A stretch of DNA of 31,064 nt from a virus, in the UHGV virus genome UHGV-0851987; one strand, written 5' to 3'. Shown one piece after another: positions 7,573 through 16,622 of this stretch (position 1 is its first letter; each line of letters opens with the position of its first letter). Both the position numbers and the translations under genes were made by a program. The notes beneath the pieces are model-generated. The model saw only the letters and a list, made by a program, of their open reading frames with translations, did not search any database and was not told where the DNA came from.

Positions 7573-7745
7573 GACGACAGCGACGAAGTATCACCGACAT
7601 CATCTGCGAAAACTGCAAATACCTTCCAACGAAACTCTCCAGAAATAAACGCAAGCCAATCCCCAAAGAATCTGACGTAAAAACCTTCAACTACACGGCT
7701 CACCTGTGGGATATCCGGTGGCTAAGACATCGTGCGAGGAAATGA
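7569..7745 (+). CDS. ninE: NinE-like protein
   Basis: Translation [58 protein letters not shown] resembles lambda NinE as I recall it. ATGA overlap with the methyltransferase stop. Confidence 0.7.
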   Translation: MRRQRRSITDIICENCKYLPTKLSRNKRKPIPKESDVKTFNYTAHLWDIRWLRHRARK

Positions 7746-8149
7746 CAATGCTTTTAATTCAACCTGGATTTGGACTTGGCATCAAAAAAGGCCACATGTT
7801 TGGCGAGAAAGAGTCACAACGAAAAATGGTGTCTATCCGGTTGCCATTTATCAGTATTTGTTGGCTAAACAGGGAGGCAACAAATTATTGGTATACATGC
7901 GCCAGAGCAGCATTTAACGACCCTGACTGGTTTGTGAAAAACCACCACGCAGTTCGTCAGGCAAAGAGAAAGGCCAAAATGACATACATGAAGGCGTATC
8001 AAAAAGCATGGAAAGAACACCGCGATCGATACCAACAAGACATGGAAAAGCTTGAATCAGAAAACATGGAATTAAGACGAAAGCTCGGTGAAGCAAAACG
8101 AGACATTGATGCTTACAAGCGACTTTTTAATGGTGAAAGCCATGCTTAG
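7742..8149 (+). CDS. Hypothetical protein inserted between ninE and ninF (start uncertain)
   Basis: ATGA overlap with the ninE stop. The C-terminal 56 aa ([50 protein letters not shown]) are coiled-coil-like and have their own RBS (AGAGAAAGG) before the ATG at 7979, which may be the true start. Confidence 0.45.
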   Translation: MTMLLIQPGFGLGIKKGHMFGEKESQRKMVSIRLPFISICWLNREATNYWYTCARAAFNDPDWFVKNHHAVRQAKRKAKMTYMKAYQKAWKEHRDRYQQDMEKLESENMELRRKLGEAKRDIDAYKRLFNGESHA

Positions 8150-8318
8150 CCCATCCCAATCCCTTCAATACCAGAAAGAAAGCGTCGAGCGGGCTTTAAC
8201 GTGCGCTAACTGCGGTCAGAAGCTGCATGTGCTGGAAGTTCACGTGTGCTCCGATTGCTGCGCAGAACTGATGAGCGATCCGAATAGCTCAATGTACGAG
8301 GAAGAAGACGATGAGTGA
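8142..8318 (+). CDS. ninF: NinF-like protein
   Basis: Translation [58 protein letters not shown] resembles lambda NinF as I recall it. Start at the internal ATG 8142 after GGTGAAAG. Confidence 0.7.
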   Translation: MLSPSQSLQYQKESVERALTCANCGQKLHVLEVHVCSDCCAELMSDPNSSMYEEEDDE

Positions 8319-9063
8319 GTTAATGAATGGCAATGCCATCAAAATGACAAGCATTGAAATCGCTGAGTTGGTGGGTAAGCGTCATGACAATGTGAAACGT
8401 ACCATCGAAACGCTGGCTAAAAATGGTGTTATCCGGCTTCCTCAAATTGAGGTTTCCGAAAGAATCAATAACTTAGGGTTCAATGTTCAGTACGAGCATT
8501 ACGTCTTCGAGGGCGAACAAGGTAAGCGAGACAGTATTGTCGTTGTTGCCCAGTTGTCGCCAGAGTTCACCGCTCGTCTTGTTGACCGTTGGCGAGAGCT
8601 TGAAGAAACTGCGGTTAATATCCCCAAAACGCTACCAGAAGCATTGCGCCTTGCTGCTGATCTTGCTGAGCAGAAAATGCAACTGGAAAACCAGCTCGCA
8701 ATTGCCGCACCTAAAGTTGAGTTTGCCGATCGCGTTGGCGAGGCCAGTGGAATTTTGATTGGAAACTTTGCAAAGGTTGTTGGTATTGGTCCGAACAAAC
8801 TGTTTGCGTGGATGCGCGATCACAAAATCCTTATTGCTTCAGGTTCCCGGCGCAATGTGCCAATGCAGGAATATATGGATCGCGGCTATTTCGCAGTGAA
8901 AGAAACAGCGGTCAACACAAATCACGGAATACAGATATCGTTCACCACAAAAATCACCGGGCGTGGTCAACAGTGGCTGACCAGAAAGCTGCTCGATAAC
9001 GGAATGCTGAAAGTAACAGGCGGACGGCTTGGAATAAAAATCACCGAACTGGAGAACGCATGA
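8311..9063 (+). CDS. Phage antirepressor, Rha-type N-terminal domain plus KilAC-type C-terminal domain
   Basis: N-terminus MTSIEIAELVGKRHDNVKRTIETL is typical of Rha-family regulators; the C-terminal half is typical of KilA-C antirepressor domains. The start may be 8311, 8323 or 8344. Confidence 0.75.
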   Translation: MSELMNGNAIKMTSIEIAELVGKRHDNVKRTIETLAKNGVIRLPQIEVSERINNLGFNVQYEHYVFEGEQGKRDSIVVVAQLSPEFTARLVDRWRELEETAVNIPKTLPEALRLAADLAEQKMQLENQLAIAAPKVEFADRVGEASGILIGNFAKVVGIGPNKLFAWMRDHKILIASGSRRNVPMQEYMDRGYFAVKETAVNTNHGIQISFTTKITGRGQQWLTRKLLDNGMLKVTGGRLGIKITELENA

Positions 9064-9248
9064 ACGCCACAATTCAAACGATACCAGAGCTTCTTATCCA
9101 GACACGAGGCAATCAGACCGAAGTGGCGAGGATGCTTTCCTGCGCAAGAGGAACAGTGCTCAAGTACAACCGAGACAGCAAAGGCGATCGTCACGTAATA
9201 GTTAACGGCGTCCTGATGGTCAAACAGGGAAAGAGGGGAAGACGATGA
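9060..9248 (+). CDS. ninH: NinH-like protein
   Basis: Core GNQTEVARMLSCARGTVLKY and VNGVLMV resemble lambda NinH. ATGA overlap with the antirepressor stop. Confidence 0.7.
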   Translation: MNATIQTIPELLIQTRGNQTEVARMLSCARGTVLKYNRDSKGDRHVIVNGVLMVKQGKRGRR

Positions 9249-9733
9249 GCATAAGAGAACTAAACCTCACCAAAGAGCAGCACGAGTGGCTGAATGGCTG
9301 GCTTGAACTGTGGGGAGCATGGGTTTATTCAGGCCGCCTGGAAAAGCGCATGAGCAGCGTAATAGCGAAGTTCATGGAGAGCGTAGAGCCGGGAAGAGTT
9401 ATGACAAGGCCAATGTGTAATGATGATGATGGAATGTTGATTTCTCAGGTCGTCGATTCCGTCATGTACATTGACAAGAAAGCCTTTGGCATCCTCCTCA
9501 GCTACTACGCTCATGGATCTTCCAAGCATGCCATTGCATCTTACTATCATCGTGTCGCAAGACCTCGCAAGATGTTATGCCGGGGCGGCGGGCGTATTCA
9601 AAAACCATCGCTCGCAACCTGTCGCCGGGAAGTTGACGAAATCCTCAATGCTTCGTTGTTTATGATTTACCCGGTTCTGGATAGTGCGTTTAAAAATCGG
9701 AAACGTGTAGAGAAAATTAAACATGTAGCATAG
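9245..9733 (+). CDS. Q: Late-gene antitermination protein Q (phage 82 / QuuD-like family)
   Basis: WGAW ... RP.C.DDD motif pattern typical of the Q82/QuuD family. Position immediately upstream of the late promoter region and lysis genes. GAGGGGA RBS; ATGA overlap with ninH. Confidence 0.75.
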   Translation: MSIRELNLTKEQHEWLNGWLELWGAWVYSGRLEKRMSSVIAKFMESVEPGRVMTRPMCNDDDGMLISQVVDSVMYIDKKAFGILLSYYAHGSSKHAIASYYHRVARPRKMLCRGGGRIQKPSLATCRREVDEILNASLFMIYPVLDSAFKNRKRVEKIKHVA

Positions 9734-9739
9734 AACTTG

Positions 9740-9780
9740 TTGACATCATTGAGCAAATGAGCAACACTATTGGCATAAGC
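9740..9780 (+). promoter_or_regulatory. Candidate late promoter PR' and Q-utilisation region
   Basis: TTGACA at 9740-9745, located 6 nt after the Q stop. No convincing -10 hexamer at 17-nt spacing, so the assignment is positional. Confidence 0.35.
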
Positions 9781-9820
9781 TGCCGTTAGTGACTCTTAAG
9801 TTGCAACGGTGGCTTTTTTT
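9781..9820 (+). terminator. Intrinsic terminator downstream of PR' (tR'-like)
   Basis: Stem CTGCCGTT/AACGGTGG (with G-U pairs) followed by C and a 7-nt T run (9814-9820). Confidence 0.5.
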
Positions 9821-9824
9821 ATTT

Positions 9825-9896
9825 GGGTCAGTCGTATAAAGGTCATTACGGAAGGCTGTTAACCTTCTTATCGTGGTTCGAGTCCACGCTGTCCCG
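9825..9896 (+). tRNA. tRNA-Asn (anticodon GUU)-like, with one acceptor-stem mismatch
   Basis: Hand fold: acceptor GGGTCAG/CTGTCCC (U-U mismatch at 4:69), D-loop with GG, anticodon stem GAAGG/CCTTC with loop CUGUUAA, T-arm CGTGG-TTCGAGT-CCACG, discriminator G, encoded CCA at 9897-9899. Confidence 0.5.
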
Positions 9897-9904
9897 CCAA
9901 ATAT

Positions 9905-9977
9905 GCTGGTTTAGCTCCAATGGTAGAGCAGTCGCCTTGTAAGCGAATGGGTAGCGGTTCAAGTCCGTTAACCAGCA
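9905..9977 (+). tRNA. tRNA-Thr (anticodon UGU)
   Basis: Hand fold: acceptor GCTGGTT/AACCAGC, U8 A9, D-arm GCTC-CAATGGTA-GAGC, anticodon loop CUUGUAA, T-arm AGCGG-TTCAAGT-CCGTT, discriminator A, encoded CCA at 9978-9980. Confidence 0.65.
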
Positions 9978-10222
9978 CCATAACTGAGCCGTAGCCACTT
10001 GCTATCCTGGATTCATCAGTGATAGTTACGCTGCGGCCTTCTACGCATGACCTTCGTGAAAGCGGGTGGCATGAGGTTGCCCTAACAACCTCCTGCCGTT
10101 TTGCCCGTGCATATCGGTCACGAACAAATCTGATTACTAAACACAGTAGCCTGGATTTGTTCTATCAGTAACCGACCATATTCCTAATTAAATAGAGCAA
10201 ATCCCCTTATTGGGGGTAAGAC

Positions 10223-10546
10223 ATGAAGATGCCAGAAAAAAATGACCTGTTAGCCGCCATTCTCGCGGCAAAGGAACAAGGCATCGGGGCAATCCTTGCG
10301 TTTGCAATGGCGTACCTTCGCGGCAGATATAATGGCGGTGCGTTTACAAAAACAGTAATCGACGCAACGATGTGCGCCATTATCGCCTGGTTCATTCGTG
10401 ACCTTCTCGACTTCGCCGGACTAAGTAGCAATCTCGCTTATATAACGAGCGTGTTCATCGGCTACATCGGTACTGACTCGATTGGTTCGCTTATCAAACG
10501 CTTCGCTGCTAAAAAAGCCGGAGTAGAAGATGGTGGAAATCAATAA
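10223..10546 (+). CDS. S: Holin, lambda S type (dual-start MKM motif)
   Basis: Translation [62 protein letters not shown]... is nearly identical to lambda S as I recall it. Confidence 0.95.
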   Translation: MKMPEKNDLLAAILAAKEQGIGAILAFAMAYLRGRYNGGAFTKTVIDATMCAIIAWFIRDLLDFAGLSSNLAYITSVFIGYIGTDSIGSLIKRFAAKKAGVEDGGNQ

Positions 10547-11006
10547 TCAACGTAAGGCGTTCCTCGATATGCTGGCGTGGTCAGAGGGAACTGATAACGG
10601 ACGGCAGAAAACCAGAAATCATGGTTATGACGTCATTGTTGGCGGAGAGCTATTCACTGATTACTCCGATCACCCTCGCAAACTTGTCACGCTAAACCCA
10701 AAACTCAAATCAACAGCCGCCGGACGCTACCAGCTTCTTTCCCGTTGGTGGGATGCCTACCGCAAGCAGCTTGGCCTGAAAGACTTCTCTCCCAAAAGCC
10801 AGGACGCTGTTGCGCTGCAGCAGATTAAGGAGCGTGGCGCTTTGCCGATGATTGATCGCGGTGATATCCGTCAGGCAATCGACCGTTGCAGCAATATCTG
10901 GGCTTCATTGCCGGGAGCTGGTTATGGTCAGTTCGAGCATAAGGCTGACAGTCTGATTTCAAAATTCAAAGAAGCAGGCGGAACGGTCAGAGAGATTGAG
11001 GTATGA
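10530..11006 (+). CDS. R: Endolysin, lambda R type (lytic transglycosylase)
   Basis: Translation [51 protein letters not shown]... matches lambda R as I recall it. Confidence 0.95.
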   Translation: MVEINNQRKAFLDMLAWSEGTDNGRQKTRNHGYDVIVGGELFTDYSDHPRKLVTLNPKLKSTAAGRYQLLSRWWDAYRKQLGLKDFSPKSQDAVALQQIKERGALPMIDRGDIRQAIDRCSNIWASLPGAGYGQFEHKADSLISKFKEAGGTVREIEV

Positions 11007-11461
11007 GCAGAGTAACCGCGATTATCTCCGCTCTGGTTATCTGCATCATCGTTTGCCTGTCATGGGCTGTTAATCATTACCGTGATAATGCCATCGCCTA
11101 CAAAGAACAGCGTGATAAAAAAGTCAGTGAGCTGAAGCAGGCGACCGCCACCATCGCTGACATGCAGCAGCGTCAGCGTGATGTTGCAGAACTTGACGCC
11201 AGATACACAAAGGAGCTTGCTGATGCTAACGCGACTATCGAAAGTCTCCGTGCTGATGTTTCTGCTGGGCGTAAGCGGCTGCAAGTCGCCGCCACCTGTG
11301 CAAAGTCAACGACCGGAGCCAGCGGCATGGGCGATGGAGAAAGCCCAAGACTTACAGCAGATGCTGAACTCAATTATTACCGTCTCAGAAGTGGAATCGA
11401 CAGGATAACCGCGCAGGTTAACTACCTGCAGGAATACATAAGGACGCAATGCCTTCGATGA
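11003..11461 (+). CDS. Rz: Spanin inner-membrane subunit Rz
   Basis: N-terminal TM segment ([18 protein letters not shown]), coiled-coil periplasmic domain, lambda Rz-like sequence. Confidence 0.9.
   Translation: MSRVTAIISALVICIIVCLSWAVNHYRDNAIAYKEQRDKKVSELKQATATIADMQQRQRDVAELDARYTKELADANATIESLRADVSAGRKRLQVAATCAKSTTGASGMGDGESPRLTADAELNYYRLRSGIDRITAQVNYLQEYIRTQCLR
11223..11408 (+). CDS. Rz1: Spanin outer-membrane lipoprotein subunit Rz1 (embedded in Rz, +1 frame)
   Basis: Embedded ORF with AGGAG RBS (11211-11215). Lipoprotein signal peptide [20 protein letters not shown] with lipobox, then a proline-rich stretch. Confidence 0.75.
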   Translation: MLTRLSKVSVLMFLLGVSGCKSPPPVQSQRPEPAAWAMEKAQDLQQMLNSIITVSEVESTG

Positions 11462-11839
11462 TAGCGATAATTTTACTCATCATCCTTCACATCTGGCTCT
11501 GTAGGCAGGGTGGTGATCACTTCTGGAGTGAATCCAGATTAAACATCTCATTGCTGATGCTTGAAGTTGAGCATCTGGCGCGCGGTAAGGGGCTGCGTTG
11601 AGATAAGGGCCAGTTCATTACAAAGCCTATCTACGGGTGGGCTTGATAATGAAACCGGAATTTATTCTGGGCAACCAGTTACGGCAGTACAGCGAAACAA
11701 CCCAAGCCAGTAAGTGGGGAAATAACACTGGCAGCCACTGAAAGATGAACCTCCTGCCTTATGGCAAAAAAGATTCTTTGTGGTGGCGGACTGATGGAAA
11801 GACATCCTAATCAAGCAACCACTCCACAGGGTCATAATT

Positions 11840-12220
11840 ATGAACGACCAGCAAATCGAAAAAGAAATCGTTGAGAAAGGCAAAACGGCACCGCGAATCA
11901 CCCCGCAGCATATCGAAGACGTGATTAAAAGCGAGCATTACTTTACTGCTTATGATGGACGAAATGGTGCCATTTCCAGCAACGAATATTGTGGCAGGGA
12001 AAAACCAGAAGAAGGCGATCGTGATTTATCACCATTGAAGTTGCTCACTTTCTGCGTACTGGTGCTGAAGAATGGCTTCACCGTCACCGGAGAGAGTGCC
12101 TGTGCAAGCCCTGAAAACTTTGATGCAGAAATTGGTCGGAAGATTGCCAGGCAGAATGCTGTAAACAAAATCTGGATGCTCGAAGGTTACTTGCTGAAGC
12201 AGAAGCTAAGCGAACAGTAG
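11840..12220 (+). CDS. Hypothetical phage protein (126 aa)
   Basis: ORF in track between lysis and packaging modules. No family confidently recognised. Confidence 0.6.
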   Translation: MNDQQIEKEIVEKGKTAPRITPQHIEDVIKSEHYFTAYDGRNGAISSNEYCGREKPEEGDRDLSPLKLLTFCVLVLKNGFTVTGESACASPENFDAEIGRKIARQNAVNKIWMLEGYLLKQKLSEQ

Positions 12221-12323
12221 TTATTACAAAAGCCATTCCCTACAGAGTGGCTTTGACAATGGCTTATACCCTACACGGGATAACTTAACTGATATCCCTT
12301 TTAACGGATAAACGGAGCCAACA

Positions 12324-12566
12324 ATGGCAGAGATTATTCCCATGACTGAAGAACAGAAATTCCAGTTAGAGATTTACAAACTGGTCATGAACCAGAACGC
12401 AGCCGCAGAAGAAGCATTTCAGTTCATCGGCACTGACGAGCTGAAGCTTGAGCTATTCAAAATTCACTTCCAGTCAGGCGGCGCTAATTCAGATATCACG
12501 ACTCGTACTATCGAAGCGGTGCGTAAATCGAAGGAAGCGTTAGACCTGTTCACTACCGGAGCATAA
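12324..12566 (+). CDS. Hypothetical phage protein (80 aa)
   Basis: ORF in track with ACGGAG RBS. Same position as small ORFs upstream of the small terminase gene in P22-like phages. Confidence 0.55.
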   Translation: MAEIIPMTEEQKFQLEIYKLVMNQNAAAEEAFQFIGTDELKLELFKIHFQSGGANSDITTRTIEAVRKSKEALDLFTTGA

Positions 12567-12645
12567 ACATGGCAACTCAAGGTTTCGACAACCCATCCAA
12601 ATTCCGCGATGAATGGGATAAGCAAGCAGAAGGGAAATAATCAAT

Positions 12646-13071
12646 ATGGCGACTGAGAAAAAGAAAGGTGGTCGCCCCTCTGATTATATGCCGGAGGTGG
12701 CTAATGACATTTGCGCATTGCTTTCCTCCGGTGAGAGTCTGCGCAAAGTTTGCGAACGCCCAGGAATGCCGAGCAAAACATCAGTTTTTCGCTGGCTGGC
12801 TGAACATCAGGAGTTTCGTGACCAGTACGCGAAGGCAACAGAGACTCGGGCCGACTCTATTTTCGAAGAGATATTCGAAATTGCTGACGACGTAATCCCT
12901 GATGCCGCCGAGGTGGCAAAGGCAAGACTTCGCGTTGATACCCGCAAATGGGCGCTGGCCCGAATGAATCCCCGTAAGTATGGCGACAAGGTAACTAACG
13001 AGCTTGTCGGTAAGGACGGCGGCGCAATTCAGATTGAAACATCACCGATGAGCACTCTATTCGGAAAATGA
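12646..13071 (+). CDS. Terminase small subunit (Sf6 gp1-like)
   Basis: Translation GRPSDYMPEVANDICALLSSGESLRKVCERPGMPSKTSVFRWLAEH... matches my recollection of the Sf6 small terminase. Directly precedes and overlaps the large terminase. Confidence 0.85.
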   Translation: MATEKKKGGRPSDYMPEVANDICALLSSGESLRKVCERPGMPSKTSVFRWLAEHQEFRDQYAKATETRADSIFEEIFEIADDVIPDAAEVAKARLRVDTRKWALARMNPRKYGDKVTNELVGKDGGAIQIETSPMSTLFGK

Positions 13072-14480
13072 CCTCGATTAATCCTATCTTTGAACCGTTC
13101 ATTGAGGCGCATCGCTACAAAGTCGCCAAAGGCGGTCGAGGTAGCGGTAAGTCATGGGCAATTGCGAGGCTGCTTGTTGAAGCGGCGCGTCGGCAGCCAG
13201 TGCGTATTCTCTGCGCTCGTGAACTGCAAAACAGTATCAGCGATTCGGTAATCCGGTTGCTTGAAGATACCATCGAGCGTGAAGGGTATTCGGCTGAGTT
13301 TGAAATTCAGCGTTCCATGATTCGTCATCTCGGAACGAATGCTGAGTTCATGTTCTACGGCATCAAAAACAATCCGACGAAGATTAAATCTCTCGAAGGC
13401 ATTGATATCTGCTGGGTGGAAGAAGCGGAAGCGGTAACGAAGGAATCATGGGATATCCTGATACCAACCATCCGTAAGCCGTTCTCTGAAATATGGGTGA
13501 GCTTTAACCCGAAAAACATACTCGACGATACCTATCAGCGATTCGTAGTAAACCCTCCCGATGATATTTGTCTGCTGACGGTGAACTACACCGACAACCC
13601 GCACTTTCCTGAAGTTCTCCGTCTGGAGATGGAAGAGTGCAAACGCAGAAATCCGACACTGTATCGTCACATCTGGCTGGGTGAGCCGGTAAGCGCAAGT
13701 GATATGGCAATCATCAAACGTGAATGGCTTGAAGCTGCAACCGATGCGCACAGGAAACTAGGATGGAAGGCGAAAGGCGCTGTTGTCTCTGCGCATGACC
13801 CATCAGATACAGGGCCAGATGCTAAAGGTTATGCATCGCGTCACGGTTCGGTAGTTAAGCGCATTGCCGAAGGTCTGCTGATGGACATCAACGAGGGTGC
13901 TGACTGGGCTACTTCTCTGGCGATTGAAGACGGCGCTGACCACTACCTGTGGGATGGTGATGGTGTTGGTGCCGGGCTACGCAGACAGACAACGGAAGCG
14001 TTCTCCGGCAAGAAAATCACCGCCACGATGTTCAAGGGCAGCGAATCGCCATTTGATGAAGATGCGCCTTATCAGGCCGGAGCATGGGCTGATGAAGTCG
14101 TACAGGGCGACAACGTTCGCACTATTGGTGATGTGTTCCGCAATAAGCGAGCGCAATTCTATTACGCGCTGGCTGACAGGCTTTATCTGACATATCGGGC
14201 GGTTGTTCACGGTGAGTATGCAGACCCCGACGACATGCTGAGTTTCGACAAAGAAGCAATAGGCGAGAAGATGCTGGAGAAGCTGTTTGCAGAACTGACG
14301 CAGATTCAGCGCAAATTCAATAATAACGGGAAGCTGGAGCTTATGACTAAGGTCGAAATGAAGCAGAAGCTCGGTATTCCATCTCCTAACCTGGCTGATG
14401 CGCTGATGATGTGTATGCATTGCCCGGCATTGGTCCGCGAAGAAACAGAAATATACGTTCCCTCATCCTCCGGTTGGTAA
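13068..14480 (+). CDS. Terminase large subunit (ATPase/nuclease)
   Basis: Walker A KGGRGSGKS, Walker B-like ICWVEEAE, and a C-terminal nuclease domain pattern. ATGA overlap with the small terminase. Confidence 0.95.
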   Translation: MTSINPIFEPFIEAHRYKVAKGGRGSGKSWAIARLLVEAARRQPVRILCARELQNSISDSVIRLLEDTIEREGYSAEFEIQRSMIRHLGTNAEFMFYGIKNNPTKIKSLEGIDICWVEEAEAVTKESWDILIPTIRKPFSEIWVSFNPKNILDDTYQRFVVNPPDDICLLTVNYTDNPHFPEVLRLEMEECKRRNPTLYRHIWLGEPVSASDMAIIKREWLEAATDAHRKLGWKAKGAVVSAHDPSDTGPDAKGYASRHGSVVKRIAEGLLMDINEGADWATSLAIEDGADHYLWDGDGVGAGLRRQTTEAFSGKKITATMFKGSESPFDEDAPYQAGAWADEVVQGDNVRTIGDVFRNKRAQFYYALADRLYLTYRAVVHGEYADPDDMLSFDKEAIGEKMLEKLFAELTQIQRKFNNNGKLELMTKVEMKQKLGIPSPNLADALMMCMHCPALVREETEIYVPSSSGW

Positions 14481-14482
14481 AC

Positions 14483-16609
14483 ATGGCAGAGACATTAGAG
14501 AAAAAACATGAGCGGATCATGCTCAGGTTTGACCGCGCCTATTCTCCACAGAAGGAAGTGCGCGAAAAGTGTATTGAAGCTACGAGGTTTGCTCGTGTCC
14601 CCGGAGGTCAATGGGAAGGAGCAACGGCGGCTGGAACTAAGCTTGATGAGCAGTTCGAGAAGTATCCTAAGTTTGAAATCAATAAGGTAGCAACTGAACT
14701 TAACCGCATCATTGCAGAATACCGCAATAACAGAATCACCGTTAAGTTTCGTCCTGGTGACAGAGAGGCAAGCGAAGAGTTAGCCAATAAATTAAATGGT
14801 CTGTTCCGTGCTGACTACGAAGAAACTGATGGCGGTGAGGCTTGCGATAATGCATTTGACGACGCTGCTACTGGTGGTTTCGGTTGCTTCCGTTTGACGT
14901 CGATGCTGGTCAATGAATACGACCCCATGGACGATCGTCAGCGTATTGCTATTGAACCAATATACGACCCGTCGCGCTCTGTGTGGTTTGACCCTGACGC
15001 TAAGAAGTACGACAAATCTGACGCGTTGTGGGCGTTCTGTATGTATTCGTTGTCACCTGAAAAATATGAGGCTGAATACGGAAAGAAACCTCCTACTTCT
15101 CTGGATGTAACGTCTATGACCAGTTGGGAATATAACTGGTTTGGTGCAGATGTTATTTACATAGCGAAGTATTACGAAGTTCGTAAAGAGTCTGTTGACG
15201 TCATCAGTTATCGACATCCAATCACTGGAGAGATTGCAACATACGACAGTGATCAGGTTGAAGATATTGAAGATGAACTGGCAATAGCTGGATTTCAGGA
15301 AGTGGCAAGGCGCTCAGTGAAGCGCCGTCGTGTGTATGTATCCGTAGTGGATGGTGATGGTTTCCTTGAGAAACCTCGACGTATTCCTGGTGAGCATATC
15401 CCCCTCATCCCGGTTTATGGAAAACGCTGGTTCATTGATGACATTGAGCGTGTCGAAGGGCACATTGCAAAAGCAATGGATCCACAGCGTTTGTACAACC
15501 TTCAGGTTTCAATGCTGGCTGATACTGCAGCGCAAGACCCCGGTCAGATCCCTATAGTTGGCATGGAGCAAATTCGTGGACTTGAGAAGCACTGGGAGGC
15601 TCGCAACAAGAAACGCCCAGCGTTCTTGCCGTTGCGCGAAGTGAGAGATAAATCTGGCAATATTATCGCTGGAGCTACCCCGGCAGGATATACACAGCCT
15701 GCGGTTATGAATCAGGCATTGGCTGCATTACTACAGCAAACCAGTGCAGATATTCAGGAGGTTACAGGCGGCAGTCAGGCCATGCAGCAGATGCCAAGTA
15801 ATATTGCTCAGGAAACGGTTAACAACTTGATGAACAGAGCAGATATGGCTTCGTTTATCTATCTGGACAATATGGCGAAAAGTCTTAAACGAGCTGGTGA
15901 AGTATGGCTGTCAATGGCTCGTGAAGTGTACGGTTCAGAGCGTGAAGTGCGCATCGTTAACGAAGATGGAAGTGATGATATCGCTGTCCTGAGCGCACAG
16001 GTTGTTGACAGGCAAACAGGGGCTGTTGTTGCGTTAAATGACCTTTCTGTCGGTCGATACGATGTGACGGTTGATGTTGGACCAAGCTACACAGCACGAC
16101 GTGATGCAACGGTTTCTGTACTGACAAATGTCCTTAGCTCTATGCTTCCAACAGACCCAATGCGTCCGGCAATTCAGGGTATTATTCTGGACAATATCGA
16201 TGGCGAAGGCCTTGATGACTTCAAAGAGTACAACCGAAACCAACTGCTGATATCTGGCATTGCAAAACCACGCAATGAGAAAGAGCAGCAGATTGTTCAA
16301 CAGGCGCAAATGGCAGCACAAAGCCAGCCAAATCCTGAAATGGTTCTCGCTCAGGCGCAAATGGTAGCAGCGCAGGCAGAAGCGCAAAAAGCAACTAACG
16401 AAACTGCTCAAACTCAAATCAAAGCATTTACTGCCCAGCAGGATGCGATGGAGAGTCAGGCAAACACTGTCTATAAACTGGCTCAAGCCAGAAACATCGA
16501 TGACAAAGCAGTGATGGAGGCAATACGCCTTCTGAAAGATGTCGCCGAGTCACAACAACAGCAATTCCAGTCACCACCACAGCCTCCGGCAGACTTAATG
16601 CCGAGTTAA
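14483..16609 (+). CDS. Portal protein (P22 gp1 / Sf6 gp3 family)
   Basis: Central region (KRRRVY ... GEHIPLIPVYG) resembles the P22 portal. Start at ATG 14483, 2 nt after the terminase stop; the track ORF starting at 14411 overlaps terL and is over-extended. Confidence 0.9.
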   Translation: MAETLEKKHERIMLRFDRAYSPQKEVREKCIEATRFARVPGGQWEGATAAGTKLDEQFEKYPKFEINKVATELNRIIAEYRNNRITVKFRPGDREASEELANKLNGLFRADYEETDGGEACDNAFDDAATGGFGCFRLTSMLVNEYDPMDDRQRIAIEPIYDPSRSVWFDPDAKKYDKSDALWAFCMYSLSPEKYEAEYGKKPPTSLDVTSMTSWEYNWFGADVIYIAKYYEVRKESVDVISYRHPITGEIATYDSDQVEDIEDELAIAGFQEVARRSVKRRRVYVSVVDGDGFLEKPRRIPGEHIPLIPVYGKRWFIDDIERVEGHIAKAMDPQRLYNLQVSMLADTAAQDPGQIPIVGMEQIRGLEKHWEARNKKRPAFLPLREVRDKSGNIIAGATPAGYTQPAVMNQALAALLQQTSADIQEVTGGSQAMQQMPSNIAQETVNNLMNRADMASFIYLDNMAKSLKRAGEVWLSMAREVYGSEREVRIVNEDGSDDIAVLSAQVVDRQTGAVVALNDLSVGRYDVTVDVGPSYTARRDATVSVLTNVLSSMLPTDPMRPAIQGIILDNIDGEGLDDFKEYNRNQLLISGIAKPRNEKEQQIVQQAQMAAQSQPNPEMVLAQAQMVAAQAEAQKATNETAQTQIKAFTAQQDAMESQANTVYKLAQARNIDDKAVMEAIRLLKDVAESQQQQFQSPPQPPADLMPS

Positions 16610-16622
16610 CCAGGAGTAATCA

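Noticed and set aside
7179-7703. 174-aa ORF on the minus strand
   Set aside because: Antisense to the methyltransferase and ninE genes, which are well supported by motifs and translational coupling.
9981-10222. Possible third tRNA or small RNA downstream of the tRNA pair
   Set aside because: No cloverleaf could be folded. The segment, including the GAACAAATC/GATTTGTTC inverted repeat, corresponds to the lambda-type leader upstream of S as I recall it.
11662-11901. 79-aa minus-strand ORF after Rz, considered as a possible bor-like lipoprotein
   Set aside because: No signal peptide or lipobox; Cys/Trp-rich improbable sequence; overlaps the start of gene 11840..12220.
13446-14420. Minus-strand and alternative-frame ORFs inside the large terminase gene (13446..13751, 13504..13710, 13897..14190, 13977..14420)
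   Set aside because: They overlap a confidently identified terminase ATPase gene.
14411-14482. N-terminal extension of the portal ORF
   Set aside because: It overlaps the terminase 3' end in another frame; the ATG at 14483 immediately follows the terminase stop and gives a plausible portal N-terminus.
16034-16486. 150-aa minus-strand ORF inside the portal gene
   Set aside because: Antisense to the portal; Cys/Leu-rich, with no translation signals.
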